Source of the DNA: a bacterium
Lineage (GTDB): Bacteria > Patescibacteriota > Minisyncoccia > UBA6257 > GWB1-50-10
Assembly: GCA_002686365.1 (NCBI GenBank)
Contig: NZBZ01000004.1
Location: forward strand, 27,079 to 91,078
Direction: 5' to 3'
Length of the DNA: 64,000 bases
Shown: one piece after another, positions 48,580 to 57,554 of the stretch
How positions within the stretch are numbered: the stretch's first letter is position 1
Layout of the letters: each line of letters begins with the position of its first letter
The notes under the pieces: generated by a model
Told to the model about the DNA's origin: nothing
Database searches by the model: none
Seen by the model: only the letters and a program-made list of their open reading frames with translations
Position numbers and translations under genes: made by a program

Positions 48580-50940
48580 ATGTTAGTAGGTACACTTTTT
48601 GGAGCTGTTTTACTTCTAGTTGTTGGGGTGGTAGCGTTTTTTTTCTTTCGTAAATCGCAGGGAAATACACTTGTTGAGAAACTTAGTCTTGAGCTTTTTC
48701 TTGTTCGGCTTCCATATACTTCTTCTGAAGGTAAGGATTTAAAGGAAGAGATAGGTTTTTTTGAACAGCTTTTGAGTTCTCTCTCGTCTTTTAAAAAACC
48801 TTTTGTGTTTGAAGTTGCTGTTCCTCATGTGGGGGAGGAGATTCATTTTTATGCTGCTGTTCCTTTGCATCTTGGAGAGACGTTTTCTCGGCAGGTTCAT
48901 GCTGTTTGGGCTGGGGCAGAGGTAGAAAAGGCTTCTGACTATACAATTTTTAGTCCTCATGGAGTATACGAGGGCGCGTGGGTGAAGCAGAGGGATAAGT
49001 TTATTCTTCCGGTCCGCACTTATCAGGATGTAGACGGAGATCCTTTTTCTTCAATTGTTGGCGCGCTTTCAAAGATTCAGGAGATTGGAGAGGGGGCTGT
49101 GATTCAGGTTCTTGTACAACCTGCGTCTCGAGCTTTGCGTACGAAGATTTTGAGCGCGCTTCGTAGACTGCAGAAGGGGGAGGAGTTTAAGAAGGTGATT
49201 CGGTCTTCGTTTTCTTTTGAGAGTATTACGGAAGCAGTTGTTCCTAAAGACAATACAAAACAGAAAGAGGAGGGCTTTCGGGAGAAGACAGTTGAGGATG
49301 TTGCGGTTCAGGCGCTTCAGAAGAAGGCCTCGACTCCTTTATTTCGTGTGAATATTCGGCTTCTGGCGTCCGCCCCCACAAAGGAGAAGGCAGAGATTCT
49401 TCTCTGGAGTTTGACCTCTGGATTTTCTCAGTTTGGAGCTCCAGACCGAAATGATTTGAAGATCGTGAGGGTGCGGTCAAATAAGGATTTTGCCCACAAG
49501 TTTTCTTTTCGGGAGTTTTCAAAGAATCAGGAGATGATTTTGAATTCGGAAGAGCTTACGAGCATGTTTCATTTCACCACTCCATTTTCTGAGATTCCTA
49601 AGGTGAAGTCCTTAAAGGCTAAACAGTCAGCTCCTCCTGCAGAGCTTCCAAAAGAGGGCGTTCTTATTGGAGAGAGTGCGTATAGAGGGGAGAAGAAAGA
49701 GGTGCGTGTTGCTAACGATGATCGCAGGCGGCATGTCTATCTTATTGGGCAGACAGGAACTGGGAAGTCTAATCTTATTACGAATATGGCTGCCTATGAT
49801 GTAGCTCACGGCAAGGGAGTTGCGGTTATTGATCCTCATGGGGATTTAGTGGAGGCGGTTTTGAGGCAGGTGCCTGAATCCCGTGCTCAGGATGTTGTTG
49901 TATTTGATCCTTCAGACCTTGAGCGTCCTTTGGGGCTTAATATGATTGAGTATAATCTTGATAGACCGGAGGAGAAGACGTTTATTGTAAATGAGATGGT
50001 TAGTATTTTTGATAAGCTTTATGACTTGAAGGCTACTGGCGGGCCTATGTTTGAGCAGTATATGCGAAATGCTCTCCTGCTTTTAATGGAGGATTCGGCA
50101 AATGAGCCCGCGACCCTTATGGAGGTTGCGCGAATATTTACTGATAAGGGATATCGGGATAGGAAGCTTCAGCGTATTAAAAATCCAACAGTTCAGGATT
50201 TTTGGCAGAAGGAGGCAGAGAAGGCCGGAGGAGAGGCTTCGCTTCAAAATATTACTCCGTACATTACTTCTAAGTTCAATACATTTACTGCAAATGATTA
50301 TATGCGTGTAATTATTGGGCAGGAGAGGTCTTCATTTAATTTTCGGCAGATTATGGATGAGGGAAAGATACTTCTTATTAATCTTTCTAAAGGAAGAATT
50401 GGAGATATAAATGCGAATCTGCTTGGAATGATCTTTGTAGGTAAGATTCTTATGGCTGCGCTCTCTCGGGTTGATATTAAGGAGGATGAGAGGAGAGATT
50501 TTAATTTGTATATTGATGAGTTTCAGAATTTCACAACAGATTCCATTGCTACAATTCTTTCAGAAGCTCGGAAGTATCGTTTGAATCTTGTGATTGCACA
50601 TCAGTTTATTGCGCAGTTGTCGGATACGATACGGGACGCAGTATTTGGAAATGTTGGATCATTTGTTTCGTTTCGCGTTGGTGTGCAGGATACGGAGACT
50701 TTGATAAAGGAATTTGCTCCTGAATTTGATGAGCATGATCTTTCTAATATTGATAATTTTAATGCGTATGTGCGGCTTTTGGTGGATAATCAGACAACGA
50801 AGCCGTTTAATATTCGTACGATTCCGAGTGGAAAGGGAAGTGACGAGATTGCGGAGCGTCTTCGGGGCATATCTCAAGAGAAGCATGGAAGGCCGAGAGA
50901 TGAAGTTGAAGATAGTATTTATCGACGTCTACGCGATTGA
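48580..50940 (+). CDS. Type IV secretion coupling-type ATPase (VirD4/TrwB/VirB4-like)
   Basis: GQTGTGKS, IDPHGD, YIDEFQNF, SEARKY, AHQ. Confidence 0.88.
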   Translation: MLVGTLFGAVLLLVVGVVAFFFFRKSQGNTLVEKLSLELFLVRLPYTSSEGKDLKEEIGFFEQLLSSLSSFKKPFVFEVAVPHVGEEIHFYAAVPLHLGETFSRQVHAVWAGAEVEKASDYTIFSPHGVYEGAWVKQRDKFILPVRTYQDVDGDPFSSIVGALSKIQEIGEGAVIQVLVQPASRALRTKILSALRRLQKGEEFKKVIRSSFSFESITEAVVPKDNTKQKEEGFREKTVEDVAVQALQKKASTPLFRVNIRLLASAPTKEKAEILLWSLTSGFSQFGAPDRNDLKIVRVRSNKDFAHKFSFREFSKNQEMILNSEELTSMFHFTTPFSEIPKVKSLKAKQSAPPAELPKEGVLIGESAYRGEKKEVRVANDDRRRHVYLIGQTGTGKSNLITNMAAYDVAHGKGVAVIDPHGDLVEAVLRQVPESRAQDVVVFDPSDLERPLGLNMIEYNLDRPEEKTFIVNEMVSIFDKLYDLKATGGPMFEQYMRNALLLLMEDSANEPATLMEVARIFTDKGYRDRKLQRIKNPTVQDFWQKEAEKAGGEASLQNITPYITSKFNTFTANDYMRVIIGQERSSFNFRQIMDEGKILLINLSKGRIGDINANLLGMIFVGKILMAALSRVDIKEDERRDFNLYIDEFQNFTTDSIATILSEARKYRLNLVIAHQFIAQLSDTIRDAVFGNVGSFVSFRVGVQDTETLIKEFAPEFDEHDLSNIDNFNAYVRLLVDNQTTKPFNIRTIPSGKGSDEIAERLRGISQEKHGRPRDEVEDSIYRRLRD

Positions 50941-50956
50941 GATCGCGTAGACACGG

Positions 50957-51075
50957 AATTTTTAATTTTCAATTATCAATTTTTACCGGCTAACTCAATG
51001 TTCACTTTTGACTGTTTGAAAATTGTTGCATTGAACATTGATTGAAAATTGGACATTGGAAATTGGTCATTAGTA
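50957..51075. repeat. ATTTTCA/GAAATTG heptamer inverted array
   Basis: Same family as 1985-2097. Confidence 0.7.
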
Positions 51076-51084
51076 ATATTTATT

Positions 51085-52110
51085 ATGTCATCATCTGAAC
51101 TTCGAAAAGACATTGTATCAGGAGAGTGGGTTGTGCTTGCGCCTGGGAGGGCCAAGAGGCCTGATGCGTTTATAAAAAAGATTAAACGTGAGCGGGTTTC
51201 AAAGAAGGATTGCCCGTTTGAGGATCCGCAGACTACAAATCATGGTGACCCTCTTTTGGTATATCCTAAAGACGCGCTTCATTCGACTTCTCGGCTTAAT
51301 AAGCGTGACAAGTGGAGGATACAGATTATTCGGAACAAGTATCCCGCATTTCGGCATGAGCGGAAGTGTATCCCTGCAATTTCTCGCGGTCCGTATGAGG
51401 TGATGGAGGGGATTGGATATCATCATCTTCTGCTTACCAGAGATCATCATAGGAACTACCCGCGTCTTTCTTCTTCTGAAGCAGCATTGGTGTTTTTATC
51501 TTTTCAGGAGCATTATAAGGATCTTGCGCGGGATAAGTGTGTGAAGTATGTTTCTTTTTTCCATAACTGGGGTCCTAAGGCAGGAGCTTCGGTTTATCAT
51601 CCTCACTATCAGATTATGGCTCTTCCTATGATTCCGCCGGATGTTGGCAGATCTCTTAAGGGTTCACAGCAATATTATAATAAGCATAAGAAGTGTGTGC
51701 ATTGCACCATTTTAGGCTGGGAGCGGAAGGAGAAGAAGCGGATTATATATGAGACTAAGAATGTGATTGCGTTTATTCCTTACATTTCACGGGAGCCGTT
51801 TGAGGCGCGAATTTTTCCCAAGAAACATTCTTCGTATTTTGAAGATGCTTCTTCTAAGATTGTGGAGGAGGTGTCGCATGCTTTGCGGCTTGTGCTTCAG
51901 AGGATGGAGAGGAGATTGAAGGATCCGGATTATAATTTTTTTATTCATTCTGCGCCTACGCACAGACGGGATAAGTTCGCTCATTATCATTGGCACATTG
52001 AGGTTTTGCCAAAGATGAGTGTCTATGCTGGATTTGAGCTGGGGACGGGGATTGAGGTGACTGTTGTGGATCCGGATGATGCGGCTCGATTATTAAAAAT
52101 AAAAAAATAG
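51085..52110 (+). CDS. galT: Galactose-1-phosphate uridylyltransferase
   Basis: RAKRP, CPF, NKYP, GAS..HPHYQ, HWH. Confidence 0.92.
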   Translation: MSSSELRKDIVSGEWVVLAPGRAKRPDAFIKKIKRERVSKKDCPFEDPQTTNHGDPLLVYPKDALHSTSRLNKRDKWRIQIIRNKYPAFRHERKCIPAISRGPYEVMEGIGYHHLLLTRDHHRNYPRLSSSEAALVFLSFQEHYKDLARDKCVKYVSFFHNWGPKAGASVYHPHYQIMALPMIPPDVGRSLKGSQQYYNKHKKCVHCTILGWERKEKKRIIYETKNVIAFIPYISREPFEARIFPKKHSSYFEDASSKIVEEVSHALRLVLQRMERRLKDPDYNFFIHSAPTHRRDKFAHYHWHIEVLPKMSVYAGFELGTGIEVTVVDPDDAARLLKIKK

Positions 52111-52126
52111 TAATACTGATTACTAG

Positions 52127-52579
52127 ATGACTATCTATTGGATACTAACTGTTTTAATTGCGGCATTGCCTGTGGCAGAGCTTCGTGGGGCAATACCTTT
52201 GGCTGTTTTTGTATGGAATATTTCTCCGCTTACTGCTTTTTTTCTTGCTGTTATTGGAAATTTTTTGATAGTTATTCCGCTGCTATGGTTTTGGCATTTT
52301 GCTGTTCACAGACTCGCAAAGAGATATCATTTTGTGCATCGTTGTAAGGAGTGGATGTTTGATAGGACGCATCGCAGGCATGGCGGGAAGTTTGAGCTTT
52401 TGAAGGAGTTTGCATTGTTTTTCTTAGTCGCAATTCCTTTGCCTTTTACCGGAGCATGGACTGGAACTGTTGCTGCTTATCTTTTTGGCGTGCCGTTTTG
52501 GAGGGCAGTTTTATGGATTGGTCTTGGAATTATTTTCGCAGGAATTTTGGTTGGTGTGGGGGTGGGGCTTTTTGTGTAG
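52127..52579 (+). CDS. Small multi-drug export family (COG2426) membrane protein
   Basis: ELRGAIP, IPLPFTGAWTG. Confidence 0.9.
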   Translation: MTIYWILTVLIAALPVAELRGAIPLAVFVWNISPLTAFFLAVIGNFLIVIPLLWFWHFAVHRLAKRYHFVHRCKEWMFDRTHRRHGGKFELLKEFALFFLVAIPLPFTGAWTGTVAAYLFGVPFWRAVLWIGLGIIFAGILVGVGVGLFV

Positions 52580-52613
52580 CTTATAGCTTTTAGCTTCATT
52601 AGCTTTTAGCACG

Positions 52614-52962
52614 AAAAAAACCGCTTAATGCGGGTAGTAGTTGGCGGACGCCTTTTCTCTCGGATGAGTAGGCGTCCGCCAATGCGTTCTCTAGCTGGGT
52701 CTTGGGTGATGCGTGCATGCCTTTCACCGGTGTTTGCACGCCCTCTTTGTGAGCTGGGCAAGCACCGCAGTTTTCCCCCGTTTCCCGGCACTCTACAGCG
52801 CCCTCGTTGATACCCACCTACACTCTCTCCGTAGAGAGAGGAGGTGGGTATCAGGACGTGTCGTGCTTGTCAAAGCAGATGCGCATTTCTGCGCTTAACT
52901 CCTTGTGGCTGGGTCTGACGTAGTCCCTTGTGGGTTTTATCTCAGGCCACAGTAGGTAACTA
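52614..52962 (-). ncRNA. Candidate structured RNA of about 350 nt
   Basis: Promoter ttgcaa-16-tacact, chain of hairpins, terminator with U7. Confidence 0.45.
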
Positions 52963-53025
52963 GCTAGGAGTGTATCACAATTTTTGTGTTTTGCAATTTC
53001 ATTGATTTTGGGGAGTTTGTGGAGA

Positions 53026-53054
53026 TTGACAGAGGTTTTATGGGGTGATATATA
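53026..53054 (+). promoter_or_regulatory. Sigma70-type promoter
   Basis: ttgaca-17-tatata with TG. Confidence 0.6.
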
Positions 53055-53113
53055 GAAGTTAGGTCTTGAGTCGTGTCTTGAAGTCTGGGGCCTCTGGATT
53101 GGGAAGGAAGGAC

Positions 53114-53350
53114 ATGCCAGACACATCTTTTGGCGGTGACAATTATGGCGAGTGCTCTGACTGTGGCGATGAGGCCACTTGCAGTCATTGGGGACCCCTT
53201 GCTCCTCTGGGAGAGGTGTGGCGTTTCTGCGAGCACTGCTTTGGCTGGCGCAGGCATGAGCACGATGAGCATGATGGGGGCGGTGAGGAGTTTTCTCCCA
53301 AGCCCCTTGGTCATACATGGCCTGAACAGGATCCACCGCAGGCGTCTTAG
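53114..53350 (+). CDS. Small Cys/His-rich orphan, possible zinc finger
   Basis: CSDC..CSH..CEHC; RBS ggaagga. Confidence 0.6.
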   Translation: MPDTSFGGDNYGECSDCGDEATCSHWGPLAPLGEVWRFCEHCFGWRRHEHDEHDGGGEEFSPKPLGHTWPEQDPPQAS

Positions 53351-53408
53351 CAGCTTAGCATTGCAGCAGCAGTGTGAGGCGCGCGATTAGAGAGGATGTG
53401 AGAGGCTT

Positions 53409-53702
53409 ATGTCAAAATCTCTTACTGGGTGGGAAGTTCACGCTGGCAGGAGACGAGGCAGTGGTGTGGTTTTCAGGATTTGGATTCCACGTGCGCGGCA
53501 GTACGCAACCTCGGCTCTGTCTGAGTGCAGCGTACGGGCCTGGATCGAACGGGATTTCACTGAGCGTGACGTGTTATGGTGGGACATCAATTCCCTGGTG
53601 GATAACGCTAGGGCGTTTGGAGCCTCTTGGCAGCCGAGCGAGAGACGTAACAAGCGTCGCATGGGTCGTTGGGCGAGGGAGTTGCGACGAGTAGCGGCAT
53701 AA
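53409..53702 (+). CDS. Small basic Trp-rich orphan
   Basis: RBS gagagg; terminator near 53733-53762. Confidence 0.55.
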   Translation: MSKSLTGWEVHAGRRRGSGVVFRIWIPRARQYATSALSECSVRAWIERDFTERDVLWWDINSLVDNARAFGASWQPSERRNKRRMGRWARELRRVAA

Positions 53703-53794
53703 CCCCGGATTCATCAACCATAAGAGTTCTTTCGAGGCAGTCAAGCATGGCTGTCTTTTTTCTTTTATGACTGGAACTTGTTATTATAAGTAGT

Positions 53795-54565
53795 ATGAAA
53801 TTAGTGATAGCAAACTGGAAACTTAATCCTTCTACTGAAGATGAAGCTATAGAGCTTGCAAAGAAAGAGGATTTGGATGGAGTGATTCTAATGCCTCCTT
53901 TGTCTTTTTTGGCTGGAGTTGGGGATGTTTTGAAGAAGGCAAAACTTGGATCGCAGGATGTGTTTTATGAAGATGAGGGGGCGTACACTGGAGAGGTGTC
54001 TTCAGAGCAGCTGGAGTCAGTTGGGGTGAAGTATGTGCTTGTGGGTCATTCAGAGAGGCGTGCAATGGGTGAGACAGAGACGCAAATTAATAAGAAGGTA
54101 CGAGCTGCTTTGAAAGAGGGGCTTATAGTTGTGTTGTGTGTTGGGGAGAAGGAGCGAAAGGATATTACTGGAGCAAAAGATTTTGTGAAAGCACAGTTGG
54201 AGAGTGCGTTGGATAAGGTAGCTTCTAGCCAGCTGGCGGGTCGGGACGATAAGGTAGCCCCTCGCTGCGCTCGGGACGATTGTGACGCGGGACGCGTCAT
54301 AATCGCATACGAGCCAGTGTGGGCGATTTCATCGCATAGTGGGGGAGCGTCAGATACTCCAGAAGATGCTGCAGAAATGATTGGTTCTATAAAGGAGTTC
54401 CTAGAAGCTAAAAGCTATAAGCTAGAAGCTATTTTATATGGCGGGTCAGTGAATGGGGAAGATGCGAAAGGATTTTTAGATAAGGAGGAAATTGATGGAG
54501 TGTTGGTGGGAAGTGCGAGTTTGAAGTCAGAGGAGTTTAAAAAGATTGTAGAGACAGCATCATGA
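53795..54565 (+). CDS. tpiA: Triosephosphate isomerase
   Basis: ANWK, GHSERR, AYEPVWAI, YGGSV. Confidence 0.97.
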   Translation: MKLVIANWKLNPSTEDEAIELAKKEDLDGVILMPPLSFLAGVGDVLKKAKLGSQDVFYEDEGAYTGEVSSEQLESVGVKYVLVGHSERRAMGETETQINKKVRAALKEGLIVVLCVGEKERKDITGAKDFVKAQLESALDKVASSQLAGRDDKVAPRCARDDCDAGRVIIAYEPVWAISSHSGGASDTPEDAAEMIGSIKEFLEAKSYKLEAILYGGSVNGEDAKGFLDKEEIDGVLVGSASLKSEEFKKIVETAS

Positions 54566-55293
54566 ATCGTTCTACAAAAAAACTTGTGTATGGACTGTTT
54601 TACTTGGTCGTGTTTGCGATTATTGGTCTTTTAGTTTTTCTAATTGTTCGTCCTAGGGAGCAGGGTCCGGCTGCTGTAGGCGTTCCAACAGGTCCTCGAA
54701 TTTTAGACTTAATGGTTCAAGAGAGCGAGGTGTTTCGTTTGTCGAGTGTGAATCCGGCATTTCTTTTTGCGCGAGTTTCGAATCCTAATGAAAAGTATAG
54801 AGCTTCCCACTTCTCTTATTCTTTTCTTTTGTATGGTTTTGAGGGTGAGCTTTTAGAGCAGGTTTCCGGAGAGGCGAATGTACTTCCTCGAGAGGAGACT
54901 ATTTTATATGAGACGAGCGCAACGGCTTTTTCTCGGGATGTTCAGGAGATTCGTTTTTACATTGTGGATGTGGAGTGGTCTTCTGTGGGCCAGTCTTCCG
55001 GCTTAGAATTTTCTTTGCCTAGTGAGCCGCAGATTGAGATAGATGATGAGGCGCGAGAGATGCGTGTAAAGGGAGAGGTGCGGAATGATGGAGGGTCTCG
55101 TATTTCTGAGGCGCGAGTAGTTGTCGCGCTTCGGGATAGTTTTGGCTTTCGTGTGTTTGTGTCAGGGACGATTCTTTCAAACTTGCGGAGTTTTGCCTCA
55201 AAAGACTTTGTTGTATCTGTTCCTTATGATGAGGATTTGGTTCGGAGAGTTAGAGATGGAGCAGTAGAAGTGTTCTTATATCCGGTGTTTTAG
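54562..55293 (+). CDS. Membrane-anchored hypothetical protein
   Basis: N-terminal TM, beta-rich. Confidence 0.75.
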   Translation: MNRSTKKLVYGLFYLVVFAIIGLLVFLIVRPREQGPAAVGVPTGPRILDLMVQESEVFRLSSVNPAFLFARVSNPNEKYRASHFSYSFLLYGFEGELLEQVSGEANVLPREETILYETSATAFSRDVQEIRFYIVDVEWSSVGQSSGLEFSLPSEPQIEIDDEAREMRVKGEVRNDGGSRISEARVVVALRDSFGFRVFVSGTILSNLRSFASKDFVVSVPYDEDLVRRVRDGAVEVFLYPVF

Positions 55294-55389
55294 TGATCGG
55301 TAATGCGCAGGGCGTGATTGCGGCCATTATTTTTGTGGAGGGTTTTATTTGTCATTGTCATTGTTATTTGTCATAGTGGGTATCTAGCT

Positions 55390-56481
55390 ATGTCTTCTTT
55401 TTTTCACACTTTTTTTGCGAGCTTGCGGAGATTTGACTGGTTTTTAGTTGTAGGGATTGTGATTCTTTCTGCGATTGGCTTGGTTTCTCTTGCAAGTCTT
55501 AATACTGAACTTTTTAACCGTCAGATTTTGTGGTACGTGCTTTTTGTTTTAACAATTCTTGTTGGCAGTCAGATTCATTGGCGATGGCTTGTGGGGCGGG
55601 GATGGTTTCGGCAGGGAGCATATTGGTTTTTTGTCCTGCTTATTCTTTTTACTATGTTTCAGTCTGGGACGATTCGCGGTACGAAGAGCTGGATTTTTAT
55701 CGGGAGCTTTCAGTTTCAGCCGTCTGAATTTTTGAAGATTGCCCTTATTTTTCTTCTGGCTGGCTTTTTTTCGAGAAAGTTTGAGGGGGCGTGGTTAGGG
55801 AAGAATATATTTGTTTCCTTTTTATACGCAGCGATTCCTTCGGCTCTTGTTGTTCTTCAGCCGGATTTGGGGACAGCGCTTGTTATTATGGGAGTTTGGG
55901 TGGGATTTCTTTTTATGAGCGGGTTTCATTTGAAGAGGGTTATTTTTATGTTTTTTACGCTTTTGTTTGCCGGAGCGCTTAGCTGGTTTTTTCTGCTTCA
56001 GCCGTATCAGAAGGAGCGTATAACTTCATTTCTTTTTCCGGACAGGGATCCTTTGGGCGCGAGTTATAACGTTATTCAGTCAAAGATTGCCGTTGGGTCG
56101 GCTGGATTTTTAGGCAAGGGCTTTGGATTCGGTACGCAGAGTCATCTTCAGTTTTTACCTGAGGCAGAGACAGATTTTCTTTTCGCGTCTTTTATTGAAG
56201 AATGGGGGATTCTTGGGGGTATTATTCTTCTATTGACATTTTTGTTTGTCGTTTTTAGAATTATGAATATTGGTTTGCGCTCTGCAAACAATGATTATCG
56301 GTTTATTAGCTTAGGGGTCGCGTTGGTTTTAATGATTCATTTTTTTATAAACGCGGGCTCAAATTTGGGTTTTACCCCTGTGACTGGCATTCCGTTTCCG
56401 TTTTTGAGTTATGGGGGGTCCCATTTGTTGACATTAGGAGTCCTCATTAGTATAATTCAACGGGTTAAAATTGAATCTTGA
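55390..56481 (+). CDS. rodA: SEDS family protein RodA
   Basis: QPSEFLK, QPDLGTA, LPEAETDF, PFLSYGGS. Confidence 0.9.
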   Translation: MSSFFHTFFASLRRFDWFLVVGIVILSAIGLVSLASLNTELFNRQILWYVLFVLTILVGSQIHWRWLVGRGWFRQGAYWFFVLLILFTMFQSGTIRGTKSWIFIGSFQFQPSEFLKIALIFLLAGFFSRKFEGAWLGKNIFVSFLYAAIPSALVVLQPDLGTALVIMGVWVGFLFMSGFHLKRVIFMFFTLLFAGALSWFFLLQPYQKERITSFLFPDRDPLGASYNVIQSKIAVGSAGFLGKGFGFGTQSHLQFLPEAETDFLFASFIEEWGILGGIILLLTFLFVVFRIMNIGLRSANNDYRFISLGVALVLMIHFFINAGSNLGFTPVTGIPFPFLSYGGSHLLTLGVLISIIQRVKIES

Positions 56482-57503
56482 TTAGCCACGAGAAGCCACA
56501 ACTATTGTTTTGGAGGAGTCCTCTTTTTCTTTCTGTTGTATTCGGGGGCCTGATTTTTGTTTTTGGGGTTGCGTATTTTTTTTACGGCCTTCAGCCTATT
56601 TCTTCAGACGGAGATATACAGACATTTCAGATTACTCGAGGGGAGAGATTTGCCGGAATTGGCGCGCGTCTTTCTCAGGGCGGCCTCATAAAATCGATTT
56701 CTGTGTTTAAGATGTACTCTCTTGTTTCGGGCCGCGCTCAACGGTTTCAGCCTGGGACGTATGAGCTTGATGTCTCAATGAGCGTCCCGCAGATTGTCCG
56801 TACTCTTACAACTCATGGAAGTAATGAGGTTGAGATAACTATTCCTGAGGGGTACACGCTTCGTGATATTGACTCTCTTCTTTCTGAGGCTTTAGTGATA
56901 GATGAGGGAGAGCTGATTCAGACGCAGGTGGAGGATTTGGTTTCCGGATTTCCATTTCTTGAGGGAGTTGATAGTTTAGAGGGATTTTTATTCCCTGATA
57001 CGTATCGTTTTGAGCGGCAGTCTCTTGTATCTCAGGTGCTTTCTCGTTTTCTTGAAAATTTTAGAGATAAGGCATGGCTTCACCTCCGGGATGAGGAAGA
57101 TTGGTATGATCGTTTGATTCTTGCATCTTTTCTTGAGCGGGAAGTTCCAAAATTTGAAGATCGGAGGCTGGTTGCCGGAGTTTTATTGAAACGTTTGGAT
57201 CTTGGTATGCGATTACAGGTGGACGCGACTATTAGTTACGCAAAGTGCAATGGAACGTTTTTTGAATGTGAAGAGGGTCGAGTTTTGAGGGAAGATTTAG
57301 ATATTTCTTCTCCTTACAATACATATGAGCGTCGAGGATGGACGCCAACACCGATTTCAAGTCCTGGTGAGGAGGCGGTGCGTGCCGCTGTTACTCCTAG
57401 AAAGAGTTCATATTTGTATTATCTTTCTGCGCGGGATACAGGAGAGACGATTTTTTCACGAACGCTTGATGAACATAATACTAATCGGGTGAAGTATCTT
57501 TGA
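56478..57503 (+). CDS. mltG: Endolytic transglycosylase
   Basis: IPEG, EGFLFPDTY, LQVDAT, SPYNTY. Confidence 0.95.
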   Translation: MISHEKPQLLFWRSPLFLSVVFGGLIFVFGVAYFFYGLQPISSDGDIQTFQITRGERFAGIGARLSQGGLIKSISVFKMYSLVSGRAQRFQPGTYELDVSMSVPQIVRTLTTHGSNEVEITIPEGYTLRDIDSLLSEALVIDEGELIQTQVEDLVSGFPFLEGVDSLEGFLFPDTYRFERQSLVSQVLSRFLENFRDKAWLHLRDEEDWYDRLILASFLEREVPKFEDRRLVAGVLLKRLDLGMRLQVDATISYAKCNGTFFECEEGRVLREDLDISSPYNTYERRGWTPTPISSPGEEAVRAAVTPRKSSYLYYLSARDTGETIFSRTLDEHNTNRVKYL

Positions 57504-57554
57504 CGAGGATATAGGACTTAAGACTTAGGATATAGGAGTTAGGGTAATTATTTT

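Noticed and set aside
48580-50940. Conjugative element
   Set aside because: No relaxase, mating-pair genes or integrase nearby; stand-alone ATPases of this type are common in CPR chromosomes.
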